64,000 bases of DNA, taken from contig CAVYXA010000001.1 in assembly GCA_963772365.1 (NCBI GenBank), positions 1,408,001 to 1,472,000 on the forward strand, in the 5' to 3' direction. Position 1 is the first letter of the stretch, and each line of letters opens with the position of its first letter. The notes under the pieces are model-generated. The model saw nothing but the letters and a program-made list of their open reading frames with translations, did no database searches and was not told where the DNA came from. A program made the translations under genes and the position numbers. The DNA is from an uncultured Verrucomicrobiae bacterium (GTDB lineage Bacteria > Verrucomicrobiota > Verrucomicrobiia > Chthoniobacterales > UBA10450). Positions 40,645 to 49,860 of this stretch are shown here, piece by piece.

Positions 40645-40998
40645 CTAATGGTTGCCGCTTGCTGCCGTAGCAGTTGCTCTACGCTGCTCAGCCTCTTTCA
40701 GCTCCCGGGAAAGCTTCTCCACCCGTTGCCGCATCACTTTGCCAGCCTTGAACTTTACTGTCGCCCGCGGCGGAATCACAAAACTGCTCCCGGGCTGGTT
40801 CGGATTGCGGCCAACACGCGGCTTGGTTAATCGCGGCTGAAATATCCCAAAGTTCCGTAGCTCCACCGGGACGTTGTTAGCCAAACTGTCCGTGATTTTG
40901 TCCAGCGTCCGTTGGACCACATCGAACACCTGGTGTTGCACCATTCCGGTCTGATTGCTGATCGCGACCACGATGTCGCGTTTGGTCAATTTTGCCAT
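40645..40998 (-). CDS. HU/IHF-family DNA-binding protein
   Basis: LTKRDIV, VELRNFGIF, GRNP, VKFKAGK. Confidence 0.92.
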   Translation of the reverse strand: MAKLTKRDIVVAISNQTGMVQHQVFDVVQRTLDKITDSLANNVPVELRNFGIFQPRLTKPRVGRNPNQPGSSFVIPPRATVKFKAGKVMRQRVEKLSRELKEAEQRRATATAASGNH

Positions 40999-41205
40999 AA
41001 CTCTATTCTAGTATTCGGCGGCCGGGTTCATTGCGGCGGTCAAAATAAACAGAAAAATCCGACCTTCTCTTTACCGTGTAACCTCTTGCCGAAGAAGCGC
41101 AAATGCAATTTGCGGAGCGCTTTGAGAACCCAATGTTCGGGCGGTGTCGCCAAATCGCCCGTTGGAAGAAGCCGTGCTGCGTCTCGTGGAATCGTAAACG
41201 AAAAA

Positions 41206-41640
41206 TCAGCAGGCTGGCGTCAATCGGCCAAGCAAACGAGCCAGATAGTAACCGAGAATGGTTTTTCCCGCTAAAACTTTGCGGCGTGCTTTCAATTGTC
41301 CTTGGACTACGCCCAATTTCGTAAACACGGTGTTCCATTCAGTTTCCATCCGGCGGACTTCATCATTAGTCAGATCGCGCACGCCGCGCACAGATGACGC
41401 GCGCCCCAATACATTCATAACTTTTCCGGAGAGTTCGGAAACGACATTGAGTGTCTTGAACACGTATTCGGTTTCCTGCAAAAGACTGGAACGAATCTCT
41501 GTGAACTGCCGTTCCTGTTCGCTGGAGATGATTGGTTTGGCCTTATCGAGACCATAGGTGATCAGGTCATGCAATTTCGTCCAGTTCTCCAGTTGAATAC
41601 TCAGGAGCCGGAGCCTTGTTTCGAGTTCCTTGTCCTTCAT
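41206..41640 (-). CDS. Hypothetical helical protein
   Basis: 144-aa ORF, ATGA-coupled to upstream gene. Confidence 0.65.
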   Translation of the reverse strand: MKDKELETRLRLLSIQLENWTKLHDLITYGLDKAKPIISSEQERQFTEIRSSLLQETEYVFKTLNVVSELSGKVMNVLGRASSVRGVRDLTNDEVRRMETEWNTVFTKLGVVQGQLKARRKVLAGKTILGYYLARLLGRLTPAC

Positions 41641-42380
41641 TCGGAGCGAGTGGATACGCTTACGAGCTCGAGGGTCTCATCGAGTTTTTGCAAATTCTCG
41701 ATCAACAGGTGCGCCCACGGACGGTCGACAGTCTGCACCTGGCTAATGATCCCTTCTTCAAAATAGAACCGCCCCTGCCGCCACCGGAAAATCTCGGCCA
41801 CCGCCGCCTCGCCTTCCAACGCACCAAACAGAGCGTGCCGCACCGCTCCATGCTGCAAAAAAATCTCACTGCTGCCCCTGCTCGATTTGAACGTAAAGCG
41901 TCCGCTGCGCTGGCTTAGGCAGCTCATTTGCAGAATTTCGGCAGCCGTGAACTGATTCAGGTTACCAATCAAGGAATGACACGGGTCGATCCCTTCGGAT
42001 GGATCACCGGAAGGCGTTCCCAAGGATTGGGCAAAGCGGTTCAATTCTGCTTCCAGCTGGCGATTGGTTTGATTGCTCAGAATCATAGCAATGTTCTGCA
42101 GCTCTGCTTCCTTCTGGATCCTTTCATCGGTCCAGCCTGGAACAAGACAGGCAATCTTGAGCGAGGGAAAATGCTGCCTGGCGTTTGTCGCCTGTTCCAG
42201 CGCCAGGGCAGACTCCCCTTCCACCACAAAAGCATCGAAATTCTCCTGGAGCAGGACTGTCACCGCCTCGGCGAGGGTTCGAACAGTGCGCAATTCCAAA
42301 TCGTCGATGGCATCAAAAAAGGACAGGGCGTTATCTTCGAAGACTGGATCCGCATTTAGAATAAGCAGCCTGTTTTCCAT
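41637..42380 (-). CDS. Degenerate receiver domain plus DUF4388 (PatA_N) protein
   Basis: GNLNQF..EILQM..RSGRF..GAVRHA..GEAAV..W..GRFYF. Confidence 0.8.
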   Translation of the reverse strand: MENRLLILNADPVFEDNALSFFDAIDDLELRTVRTLAEAVTVLLQENFDAFVVEGESALALEQATNARQHFPSLKIACLVPGWTDERIQKEAELQNIAMILSNQTNRQLEAELNRFAQSLGTPSGDPSEGIDPCHSLIGNLNQFTAAEILQMSCLSQRSGRFTFKSSRGSSEIFLQHGAVRHALFGALEGEAAVAEIFRWRQGRFYFEEGIISQVQTVDRPWAHLLIENLQKLDETLELVSVSTRSE

Positions 42381-42439
42381 AATCCCCCAAAATCCTCCAG
42401 CTTTTTAGAGCAGATTCCTTGCCCGAATTTGGCCGATTC

Positions 42440-43396
42440 TTAGCGACTTTCCCTCGACCAATCGGAGCGTGGCGCCCGAGCGGCAAATTGGTCCGGGGCT
42501 ATTTCATGAGCGGTCCGAAAGTGAACTTTAGCCACTTCCCGGAGTGCTTCGGCTCCCCTTTTTTCCACCAACTCTTTCGCGGTGGCTTTCACATTGGGCG
42601 AAACACCTCGCTCTAGCCGTAACCCCAATTCTTTGCCCCTGCGTTCCAACCAATTAATGAATCCTTCGCGCGCCAAAACCGATGCCGCAGCGACCGCGAT
42701 GTCCGATTCAGCCCTGGGTCGCTGTTGGATCTCGATCTTGCGACCATGCTTGAGCAAGGACTGCTTGATCACTCGCGCATCAGCAAATTGATCCGACAAC
42801 GAACGCGGGCAGTCCGGCTTGCGCATCAGGAGATTCTCGATCACCCGAGCGTGCCCCCATCCGAGCAAGCTATTTAAATTGCTGAACTTTTGGTACAGGT
42901 CGTTGTATTTCGCCGGTCCGATCAAGACCGTATCGACCAATCCCATCGCACTTTTTCGGACCACGTCCGCCAGCGACCGAATCCGTGCGTCCGACCCGAT
43001 TCGCTTGCTGTCTTGAACGCCGGCATCCAAAAGCTTGCGCGCAATGCCGCCATCCACATACACACCCGAAATTACCAACGGTCCAAAGAAATCGCCCTTC
43101 CCGCTTTCATCCACGCCAAAGTGCGACTCGAACATCTCCGGCGAATGCACCTCTTCGTAGCCAAGCCTTGCTTCGCCCAGTATTTTCGGCTCGATCTCAA
43201 ACTGCACGAACTCTTCCACGCCCTTTCCCTGGACTAGAACTTTCGGCCCCTTCTCATAAACGGCCACACTGAGTTTGTTTTTCTGAGCAAAGAAAATCGT
43301 GTAAGGCTTGGGCGAAAATTCAAACCCCGCTTCCTCCAACAACACGCGCAGCTTCCCGACCTGTTCGTTCGTCAAAGGCTGGGTGTAGGCATTCAT
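42440..43396 (-). CDS. rnhC: Ribonuclease HIII
   Basis: N-terminal TBP-like domain (VAVYEKGPKVLVQGKG), GVDESGKGDFFGPLV, VQDSK, SDQF, AVAAASVLAR. Confidence 0.92.
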   Translation of the reverse strand: MNAYTQPLTNEQVGKLRVLLEEAGFEFSPKPYTIFFAQKNKLSVAVYEKGPKVLVQGKGVEEFVQFEIEPKILGEARLGYEEVHSPEMFESHFGVDESGKGDFFGPLVISGVYVDGGIARKLLDAGVQDSKRIGSDARIRSLADVVRKSAMGLVDTVLIGPAKYNDLYQKFSNLNSLLGWGHARVIENLLMRKPDCPRSLSDQFADARVIKQSLLKHGRKIEIQQRPRAESDIAVAAASVLAREGFINWLERRGKELGLRLERGVSPNVKATAKELVEKRGAEALREVAKVHFRTAHEIAPDQFAARAPRSDWSRESR

Positions 43397-43424
43397 TGCA
43401 AGCCAGAGATTAACACGAGCAAAG

Positions 43425-43452
43425 GACGAAGCGCGAATTACGAATGTCGAAG
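43425..43452. repeat. 7-nt-period repeat block
   Basis: CGAA at 43427, 43434, 43441, 43448. Confidence 0.7.
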
Positions 43453-43525
43453 CAATTCTTCGTGAGTCTTCACACGAATTACCGGGCTGGAGTCTGGTGG
43501 AGTCAAAGGCAACAAGGAAAACGAA

Positions 43526-44194
43526 ATGAAAAACAAGCTTGCCTGGCTCGAGGCAGGATTGCTCGTCGCGCCGTTCGTGGCTCTTGCTCTTGTCTGGAAG
43601 CGAATCCGGGCTCGCGTCCCGATTCACTGGAACTTCCGCGGCGAAATCGATGGCTGGAGCTCGAAAACATTTGGCCTTCTTCTCACGCCGTGCATCGGTC
43701 TGGCAGTCGTCGGACTTTTGCACGTCGTATCTCGGCTTGACCCGAAATTGCGGCGAAACCTGGCGAACAGAGATCGCATGAACAGGGTCTTGCAAGTTTT
43801 ACGTATTGCCTTTGCCAGTTTTTTCGACGCGATTCTTGCGATTCAAATCGCCGCCGCCTTCGGTTATAAGCTCGGGAGCACTCACGCAATCAGCGCTTGC
43901 GTCCTTCTCGTCTTTTTGGTCATCGGGAATTACCTTCCGAAGCTACAGCCAAACTACTTTGTCGGTATCCGCACGCCGTGGACGCTGGAAAATTCTGAGA
44001 CTTGGCGCGCCACGCATCGACTCGGCGGTAAACTGATGTTCTTTGGTTCGTTGTTGCTGCTGATTCTCCAGTTTTTTGTAACGCCGAGCATTTTCGGTGT
44101 TCTGCTAACGATCTTCATTGCGCTGCTCGTACTTTGGGCGTTTCTGTATTCCTGGTATCATTTTCGAACGCATGCCGCCGCGCCAGAAACGTGA
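43526..44194 (+). CDS. DUF1648/SdpI-family membrane protein
   Basis: VPIHWNFRGEIDGW and GNYLPK..PNYFVGIRTPWTL..W..THRLGG. Confidence 0.88.
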   Translation: MKNKLAWLEAGLLVAPFVALALVWKRIRARVPIHWNFRGEIDGWSSKTFGLLLTPCIGLAVVGLLHVVSRLDPKLRRNLANRDRMNRVLQVLRIAFASFFDAILAIQIAAAFGYKLGSTHAISACVLLVFLVIGNYLPKLQPNYFVGIRTPWTLENSETWRATHRLGGKLMFFGSLLLLILQFFVTPSIFGVLLTIFIALLVLWAFLYSWYHFRTHAAAPET

Positions 44195-45182
44195 TTTGCC
44201 GTTCGAATGGGTATTGTTTCGGCGGAAACTTCTGCACTGGTTCCGGCGAAACGGCCGCGATTTACCGTGGCGTCATACACGCGATCCGTACGCCGTTGTT
44301 ATCTCCGAGTTCATGCTCCAGCAAACCAGGGTCGGTGTGGTAATCCCGTACTATAATAGATGGCTCCGCCGGTTTCCGGAGTTCGCGGCCCTTGCCCATG
44401 CATCTGAGAACGATGTTCTCCACGCCTGGCAAGGACTCGGGTACTACGCCCGACCCCGAAATCTTCATGATCTCGCTCGAACTGTGATTGATCGCCACGG
44501 TGGATGGTTTCCAAACCAGATCGACGAAATGCGAAAACTGCCGGGAATTGGAAAATACACGGCCAACGCGATCGCTACCTTTGCGTTCGACCAATCTGTT
44601 CCCATCGTCGAGGCCAATACCGCCCGCGTTTTGACTCGGATTTTCAACGTTCAGACCACGCTGGACCGACCGAACGGCCGCGCGCAGTTATGGGAGCGCG
44701 CGAGTTTACTCGTTCCGAAGCGTTCCGCGCGCGCCTTTAACTCCGCGCTTGTCGATCTGGGAGCGATGATCTGTTTGCCGAAACCAAAGTGCGGAATCTG
44801 TCCCGTGAAAACTTTTTGCCGCGCGCGCAATCCCGAGATGCTCCCACACAAAAGAGCGCGACCGTTGATCCAACGACTTGTCGAAGATCACGCCTTCAGC
44901 ATTCGGAAAAATAAGATTCTCCTCGAGCAATCACAGAAGCGCTGGCAGAGAATGTGGATATTGCCAACTATAAAATCAAAAAGCGAACACAGCCGCCCGA
45001 TTTTCGTTTTGGCATTTCCATTTACGAATCATCGCATCACACTCCGGGTTTTCCAGCGTGCGCCAAGTAAGATCGACAAGAAAAGGCAGCGCTGGTTTGC
45101 GCCGGGTAAACTGAATTCCATTCCAATCCCGTCGCCGCATCGGCGAGCCATCGAACATCTACTAATGTCGTCGGGGAAATGA
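44172..45182 (+). CDS. mutY: A/G-specific adenine glycosylase
   Basis: RDLPWR, SEFMLQQT, WQGLGYY, LPGIGKYTA, C..C..C..C Fe-S motif. Confidence 0.92.
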   Translation: MPPRQKRDLPFEWVLFRRKLLHWFRRNGRDLPWRHTRDPYAVVISEFMLQQTRVGVVIPYYNRWLRRFPEFAALAHASENDVLHAWQGLGYYARPRNLHDLARTVIDRHGGWFPNQIDEMRKLPGIGKYTANAIATFAFDQSVPIVEANTARVLTRIFNVQTTLDRPNGRAQLWERASLLVPKRSARAFNSALVDLGAMICLPKPKCGICPVKTFCRARNPEMLPHKRARPLIQRLVEDHAFSIRKNKILLEQSQKRWQRMWILPTIKSKSEHSRPIFVLAFPFTNHRITLRVFQRAPSKIDKKRQRWFAPGKLNSIPIPSPHRRAIEHLLMSSGK

Positions 45183-45345
45183 TCGCGCATCAACTTCCTA
45201 TGCGCTCTTGGCTTCAATCTCTTCGAGGCCACCGGTGGATCGCCGGCCGTGCTGCCTTCGTGCTCCCATAAACGACGGGATAGTTAGGATTTTGGCAGTT
45301 CTTTCTATTTGTTATTTCCGCGCTCTTTCGAGAAGCTGGATCGCT

Positions 45346-46221
45346 GTGAAAAGCATGACAGGTTACGGACGCGGCGAAGCTGACTACGACGGCACGAAGT
45401 TTTGCGTCGAACTTAATTCAGTGAACCGCAAGCAAAGCGATATTGTCATCAATCTGCCTCGCGATCTGATCGAGCTGGAACCGAGGATTCGTCAGACGAT
45501 CAATGAAAGCATCTCACGCGGCCGGACCAATGTCCTTGTCAGTTATCACAGCGGCCCAAATGCGACGCCTCGACCCGCGCTCAACGTCGATTTGGCTCGC
45601 TCGTACTACGAGGCGATCCGCGCATTACAAAAAGAACTAAACGCAACCGGTGAGATCGACATCGGCACAATTTTGCAAGCTCCCGGGGTCATGCACGTTC
45701 CCCAGATTACAATTGAAACACGCGAGGCCTGGCCAGTTATCGAACGTGCGCTCCATTCCGCGCTGGCGGAATTGCTGAAAATGCGAGAACGCGAAGGGAA
45801 ACACCTCGCCAAAGATTTAATCCGTCGGCTCAAGGAAATGCGGAGACAGATCAAGGAAATCCGCGCGATACATCCTGAGGTCGTTAAGCAATATCGAGCA
45901 GCTCTTCTTGATCGCATCGAAAAGGCCGGTCTGGCCATCACCTCGGATGACGAGAGATTGACGAAGGAGATTCTGTTTTTCGCAGATCGAACCGATGTTA
46001 CCGAGGAGCTGACCCGGGTGGAAAGTCATCTGGCGCAGTTCGCTCATCACTTGCGCAAGAATGAGCCCGTGGGCCGCACTCTGGAATTCATCACCCAGGA
46101 AATTTTTCGGGAACTCAATACGCTGGGAGCCAAAGCCAACGATGCCCCCATTTCGCAGGCTGTAGTTGCCTGCAAAGCCGAGCTGGAAAAAATTCGCGAG
46201 CAAATTCAGAACCTTGAATAA
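45346..46221 (+). CDS. yicC: YicC/YloC-family endoribonuclease
   Basis: SMTGYG, SVN, DVTEELTR, GRTLEF..QE..RELNT.GAK, REQIQNLE. Confidence 0.92.
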   Translation: MKSMTGYGRGEADYDGTKFCVELNSVNRKQSDIVINLPRDLIELEPRIRQTINESISRGRTNVLVSYHSGPNATPRPALNVDLARSYYEAIRALQKELNATGEIDIGTILQAPGVMHVPQITIETREAWPVIERALHSALAELLKMREREGKHLAKDLIRRLKEMRRQIKEIRAIHPEVVKQYRAALLDRIEKAGLAITSDDERLTKEILFFADRTDVTEELTRVESHLAQFAHHLRKNEPVGRTLEFITQEIFRELNTLGAKANDAPISQAVVACKAELEKIREQIQNLE

Positions 46222-46825
46222 CCGATTCAGCCGTTACGGAATTCTTTTTGTTGTTTCTGCGCCATCCGGAGCCGGCAAGACCACTCTTGTAGAAGCGCTG
46301 CGGCGAACACCGAATTTTTTTTACTCCGTTTCCTGCACTACCCGGCCTGCTCGCAGCGGCGAAGTCGATGGCGAGGATTATCGTTTTCTTTCCACCGCTG
46401 AGTTCGAATCGCGAGTCAAGGCAGGCGAATTGCTTGAGCACGCTCAGGTGCACGGCGATTATTACGGAACCCTGAGCGAGCCGGTAATGACAAATTTGAA
46501 GAATGGTATTGATGTTTTGATCGACATCGACACTCAAGGCGCCGCGACCATTCGGAATTGCGCTGATCCTTTGATTCGTCAGGCGCTGGCGGACGTATTC
46601 ATCATGCCGCCTGATCTGGATGAATTGCGGCGACGCTTGAAGAAGCGCGGCACGGAAAGTGATGAGCAGATCGAGCGGCGTCTAAAAACCGCTGCGCGGG
46701 AAATGGAATCGTGGAAGAAATATCGCTATACCATCATCAGCAAATCCATCGAAGAAGATTTGCAAAAGTTCCGAAACATCATGAGCGCGGAAAGTTATTT
46801 GAGCCGGCGATTGATCCAGAGATGA
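46214..46825 (+). CDS. gmk: Guanylate kinase
   Basis: SAPSGAGKTT, SCTTR..R.GEVDGEDY, YYGT, IDTQGA. Confidence 0.95.
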   Translation: MNNRFSRYGILFVVSAPSGAGKTTLVEALRRTPNFFYSVSCTTRPARSGEVDGEDYRFLSTAEFESRVKAGELLEHAQVHGDYYGTLSEPVMTNLKNGIDVLIDIDTQGAATIRNCADPLIRQALADVFIMPPDLDELRRRLKKRGTESDEQIERRLKTAAREMESWKKYRYTIISKSIEEDLQKFRNIMSAESYLSRRLIQR

Positions 46826-46844
46826 ACGCCGCACGGTTTTCCAC

Positions 46845-46936
46845 TGTCATGTTGAGCGAAGCGAAACATCTCAAACTATTTGTTTGTCGCGATGGAAGAG
46901 AATGATCAGAGATTCTTCGCTGCGCTCAGAATGACA
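46845..46936. repeat. Inverted-pair palindromic repeat (GTCAT..GAGCG family)
   Basis: tgtcatgttgagcgaagcgaaacatctc ... gagattcttcgctgcgctcagaatgaca. Confidence 0.85.
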
Positions 46937-46944
46937 ACGGGCGG

Positions 46945-47580
46945 ATGATCGTTGATCCTGACCAATGGCTAATCGAAAATCGAAATTCGAAAAACCTCTC
47001 CGGAGCGACAGTCGGCCGAATCGACAATCAACCGTCGGTACTCGGCGTTACCGGATCAATCGCAGCCTACAAATCGGCCGAGCTGACGAGTCTGCTGGTG
47101 AAGCAGGGACATGAAGTTTTCGTCGTGATGACAAAAGACGCGACCGAATTTATTACGCCGCTCACTCTCCAGACTCTTTCAAAGAATCCAGTCATGACGA
47201 GCTTCTACGATGAGAAAGAGAGCTGGCGACCCGGACATATTGAATTGGCGGATCGCGCCAATCTTCTTTTGATCGCGCCCGCCACTGTGCACATCATCGC
47301 GGAGCTGGCCAACGGTTTGGCCGGCCATCCGCTCGCCGCCATCGCGCTTGCTACTCGTGCACCAATTTTGATCGCGCCGGCTATGAATGGAAAGATGTGG
47401 GAAAACCGCGCCACCCAGGACAATGTCGAGAGATTAAAAGCACGCGGGATGGAATTCATCGGGCCTGAAGAAGGAATGCTTGCCTGCGGTTACGAAGGCG
47501 TGGGTCGTCTCTGGAAGGTTGAGGACATTGCATTTCGCGCCGAGTTCATACTGGCACGACAGCAAAAATTGATCGCGTGA
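46945..47580 (+). CDS. coaC: Phosphopantothenoylcysteine decarboxylase (start uncertain)
   Basis: LGVTGSIAAYK, HIELA, IAPAT, APAMN, LACG..G.GR. Confidence 0.9.
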   Translation: MIVDPDQWLIENRNSKNLSGATVGRIDNQPSVLGVTGSIAAYKSAELTSLLVKQGHEVFVVMTKDATEFITPLTLQTLSKNPVMTSFYDEKESWRPGHIELADRANLLLIAPATVHIIAELANGLAGHPLAAIALATRAPILIAPAMNGKMWENRATQDNVERLKARGMEFIGPEEGMLACGYEGVGRLWKVEDIAFRAEFILARQQKLIA

Positions 47581-48221
47581 GATTTCTCGTCACGGCGGGC
47601 CCAACGCGTGAGCCGATCGATCCCGTTCGCTACTTAAGCAATCGTTCGTCTGGCAAAATGGGTTACGCCATTGCCGAGGCAGCAATCGAAGCCGGACATG
47701 AGGTTGTGTTGATCTCCGGTCCGGTCCATCTCGATCCCCCGACCGGAGCGAAATTTATCTCCGTCACGACCGCGGCCGAAATGTTTGAGGCCGTTCATCG
47801 AGAATCCGGGGCGTATGACGTATGCGTTTTGTGCGCCGCGGTTGCCGATTACAAGCCGTTGAAATTTTCCTCGAGCAAAATAAAAAAAACCGGCGACGCA
47901 ATTTCTCTCGAGCTCGTTCCCACTCGGGACATTCTCGCCTCGCTGTCAAAACAGGATCGACAATTTCTGGTGGTCGGATTCGCCGCCGAAACTGACGATA
48001 TGGAAAAAAACGCCCGGGGAAAAATGCGCGACAAGGATTGCGACATCATCGTGGCCAACGACGCTGTCACGGGAATCGAAGGTGATGAAAACGAAGTTGT
48101 CGTACTGTTTCAAAACGGCGGGAAGCAAAGAATTTCCCGCGCGCCAAAAAAAATCATCGCGCGCGAACTCGTAGAAATATTTTTAAATTCGTGCGAAAAA
48201 CGTTTGACAAAAAAAATGTGA
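47577..48221 (+). CDS. coaB: Phosphopantothenate--cysteine ligase
   Basis: VTAGPTREPIDPVRYLSNRSSGKMG, AAVADY, VGFAAET, IVAND. Confidence 0.92.
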   Translation: MRFLVTAGPTREPIDPVRYLSNRSSGKMGYAIAEAAIEAGHEVVLISGPVHLDPPTGAKFISVTTAAEMFEAVHRESGAYDVCVLCAAVADYKPLKFSSSKIKKTGDAISLELVPTRDILASLSKQDRQFLVVGFAAETDDMEKNARGKMRDKDCDIIVANDAVTGIEGDENEVVVLFQNGGKQRISRAPKKIIARELVEIFLNSCEKRLTKKM

Positions 48222-48303
48222 TGATTACTTGACTCGATGTAAGTGAAGTTATTCCCAACTCACAAATTTCCGCGATTGCGGATTGAAAGGGGGGAACCAG
48301 TCG

Positions 48304-48360
48304 ATGGCTAAGAAGAAAAAAGCAGCAAAGAAAAAAGCAGCGAAGAAGAAAAGGCATTAA
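48304..48360 (+). CDS. 18-aa Lys/Ala-rich peptide MAKKKKAAKKKAAKKKRH
   Basis: G-rich RBS (AAAGGGGGG) before ATG; TTGACA at 48204; two hairpins including an intrinsic terminator downstream. Confidence 0.7.
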   Translation: MAKKKKAAKKKAAKKKRH

Positions 48361-48417
48361 CGCCTGACGCTAGCGAACGGTCCCGAATTTCTTCGGGACC
48401 ATAAATCCAACTTCAAC

Positions 48418-48453
48418 CCGGGAGGAGAATTTATTTTCCTCCCGGTTTTTTTT
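48418..48453 (+). terminator. Rho-independent terminator
   Basis: CCGGGAGGA/TCCTCCCGG stem followed by T8. Confidence 0.85.
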
Positions 48454-48524
48454 GGTTGAATAGTTGAGAGGAAGTTTGCTGCCGATTCTAACCAACGGCT
48501 CAACTCCTCAAACTCTCACCTTCC

Positions 48525-49289
48525 ATGAAACATTATCTCGAGGCAGCCGAACGAGCCGCGCGAGCCGCCGGCAAACTGCTCCGCAAAAATTTTCAGCATC
48601 CGCAGCGCGTGCAATCGGCGCAGGCGCACGACCTCAAGCTCGAGATCGATGTGCGCGCGCAGGAATTGATTACGCGCTCCCTGCTGAAGCAATTTCCACA
48701 TCACGCTCTGTATGGCGAAGAAGCCATGGTCGGGGATCAGACAAACGAACACCAATGGGTCGTCGATCCTCTGGATGGAACGGTGAATTATTTTTACGGC
48801 ATCCCGCATTTCTGCGTGTCGATCGCGTTTCGGTTCCAGGGCGAAATTATCGCAGGCGTGATCTATGATCCGATGCGCGAGGAAACGTGGTGCGGACAAA
48901 AAGGAGAAAAACCGCGGCTCAACGGCCATCATTTCCACGTCAGCGAGCGCACCGAACTGGCCGAAGCTGTGATTTCGGTAGGTCTTTCTAAAACAGATAA
49001 TTTGATCGATGCGAATCTTCCGCTGCTCGATGAAATGGTTCATCGCGTCCGGAAATGTCGTGTGTTCGGCAGCGCTGCACTCGATATGGCGTATGTGGCA
49101 TGTGGACGGTTCGACGCCTACATCGAACGGGGAATTAGTTTGTGGGACATTGCCGCCGGATGGTTGTTGATTGAAACGGCTGGCGGCAAAGTCGATCTCC
49201 GGCCGCGTAAAGATCTAAAAGATAAATACAGCATTATCGCCACCAATGGTGTTCTAAATCTAGGATTGCGAATGACGAATGCCCAATGA
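48525..49289 (+). CDS. suhB: Inositol monophosphatase family protein
   Basis: GEE, WVVDPLDGTVNY, GSAALD, WDIAAG. Confidence 0.9.
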   Translation: MKHYLEAAERAARAAGKLLRKNFQHPQRVQSAQAHDLKLEIDVRAQELITRSLLKQFPHHALYGEEAMVGDQTNEHQWVVDPLDGTVNYFYGIPHFCVSIAFRFQGEIIAGVIYDPMREETWCGQKGEKPRLNGHHFHVSERTELAEAVISVGLSKTDNLIDANLPLLDEMVHRVRKCRVFGSAALDMAYVACGRFDAYIERGISLWDIAAGWLLIETAGGKVDLRPRKDLKDKYSIIATNGVLNLGLRMTNAQ

Positions 49290-49380
49290 CGAATGATAAA
49301 GGAATAACGAAGCACGAAGTTTTTCGCCATTCACCATGCGGGTGTGATTGGTCATTCGTCGTTCCAGATTCATCATTTTT
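49269..49380. repeat. Inverted pair of 7-nt-period arms with no cargo gene
   Basis: Left CGAATGA-type units at 49269-49296; right TCATTCG-type units at 49348-49378; 22/31 complementary. Confidence 0.8.
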
Positions 49381-49383
49381 CCC

Positions 49384-49860
49384 ATGATCCGCACCGGCAT
49401 TGGTTACGACGTACATCCGCTGGCCGAAGGGCGAAAGCTGATCTTGGGCGGTATCGAGATCGCCTACGCGCGCGGACTGGCCGGTCATTCCGATGCCGAT
49501 GTTCTTTCTCATGCGATTGCGGATGCTTTACTCGGCGCGATCGGCGCCGGTGATATCGGTCAGCATTTTCCAAATACCGATGAGTCTTTTCGTGATATGA
49601 GCAGTTTGGATATTTTGCGTCATGTCGCCGCGCTTCTGACAAAACAAAAAGCGCAACCTATCAACGTCGATGCTACCGTGATCGCCGAGGCGCCCAAGGT
49701 CGCGCCGCACATCTCGGCGATGCGCCAGAAGATCGCCACAGCAATTCTCCTGAACGAATCACAAGTGAGCATCAAGGCGACGACCAACGAGCAGCTCGGC
49801 TCAATCGGACGGGGCGAAGGCATCGCGGCCATGGCCGTGGCGACGGTCGAGATGGAGTGA
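49384..49860 (+). CDS. ispF: 2-C-methyl-D-erythritol 2,4-cyclodiphosphate synthase
   Basis: GIGYDVH, GHSDADV..HAIADALLGA..GDIGQHFP, KATTNE.LG. Confidence 0.96.
   Translation: MIRTGIGYDVHPLAEGRKLILGGIEIAYARGLAGHSDADVLSHAIADALLGAIGAGDIGQHFPNTDESFRDMSSLDILRHVAALLTKQKAQPINVDATVIAEAPKVAPHISAMRQKIATAILLNESQVSIKATTNEQLGSIGRGEGIAAMAVATVEME

Noticed and set aside
43397..43795. Long N-terminal extension of RNase HIII
   Set aside because: Antisense to the SdpI-family gene; homology starts at MNAYT (43396).
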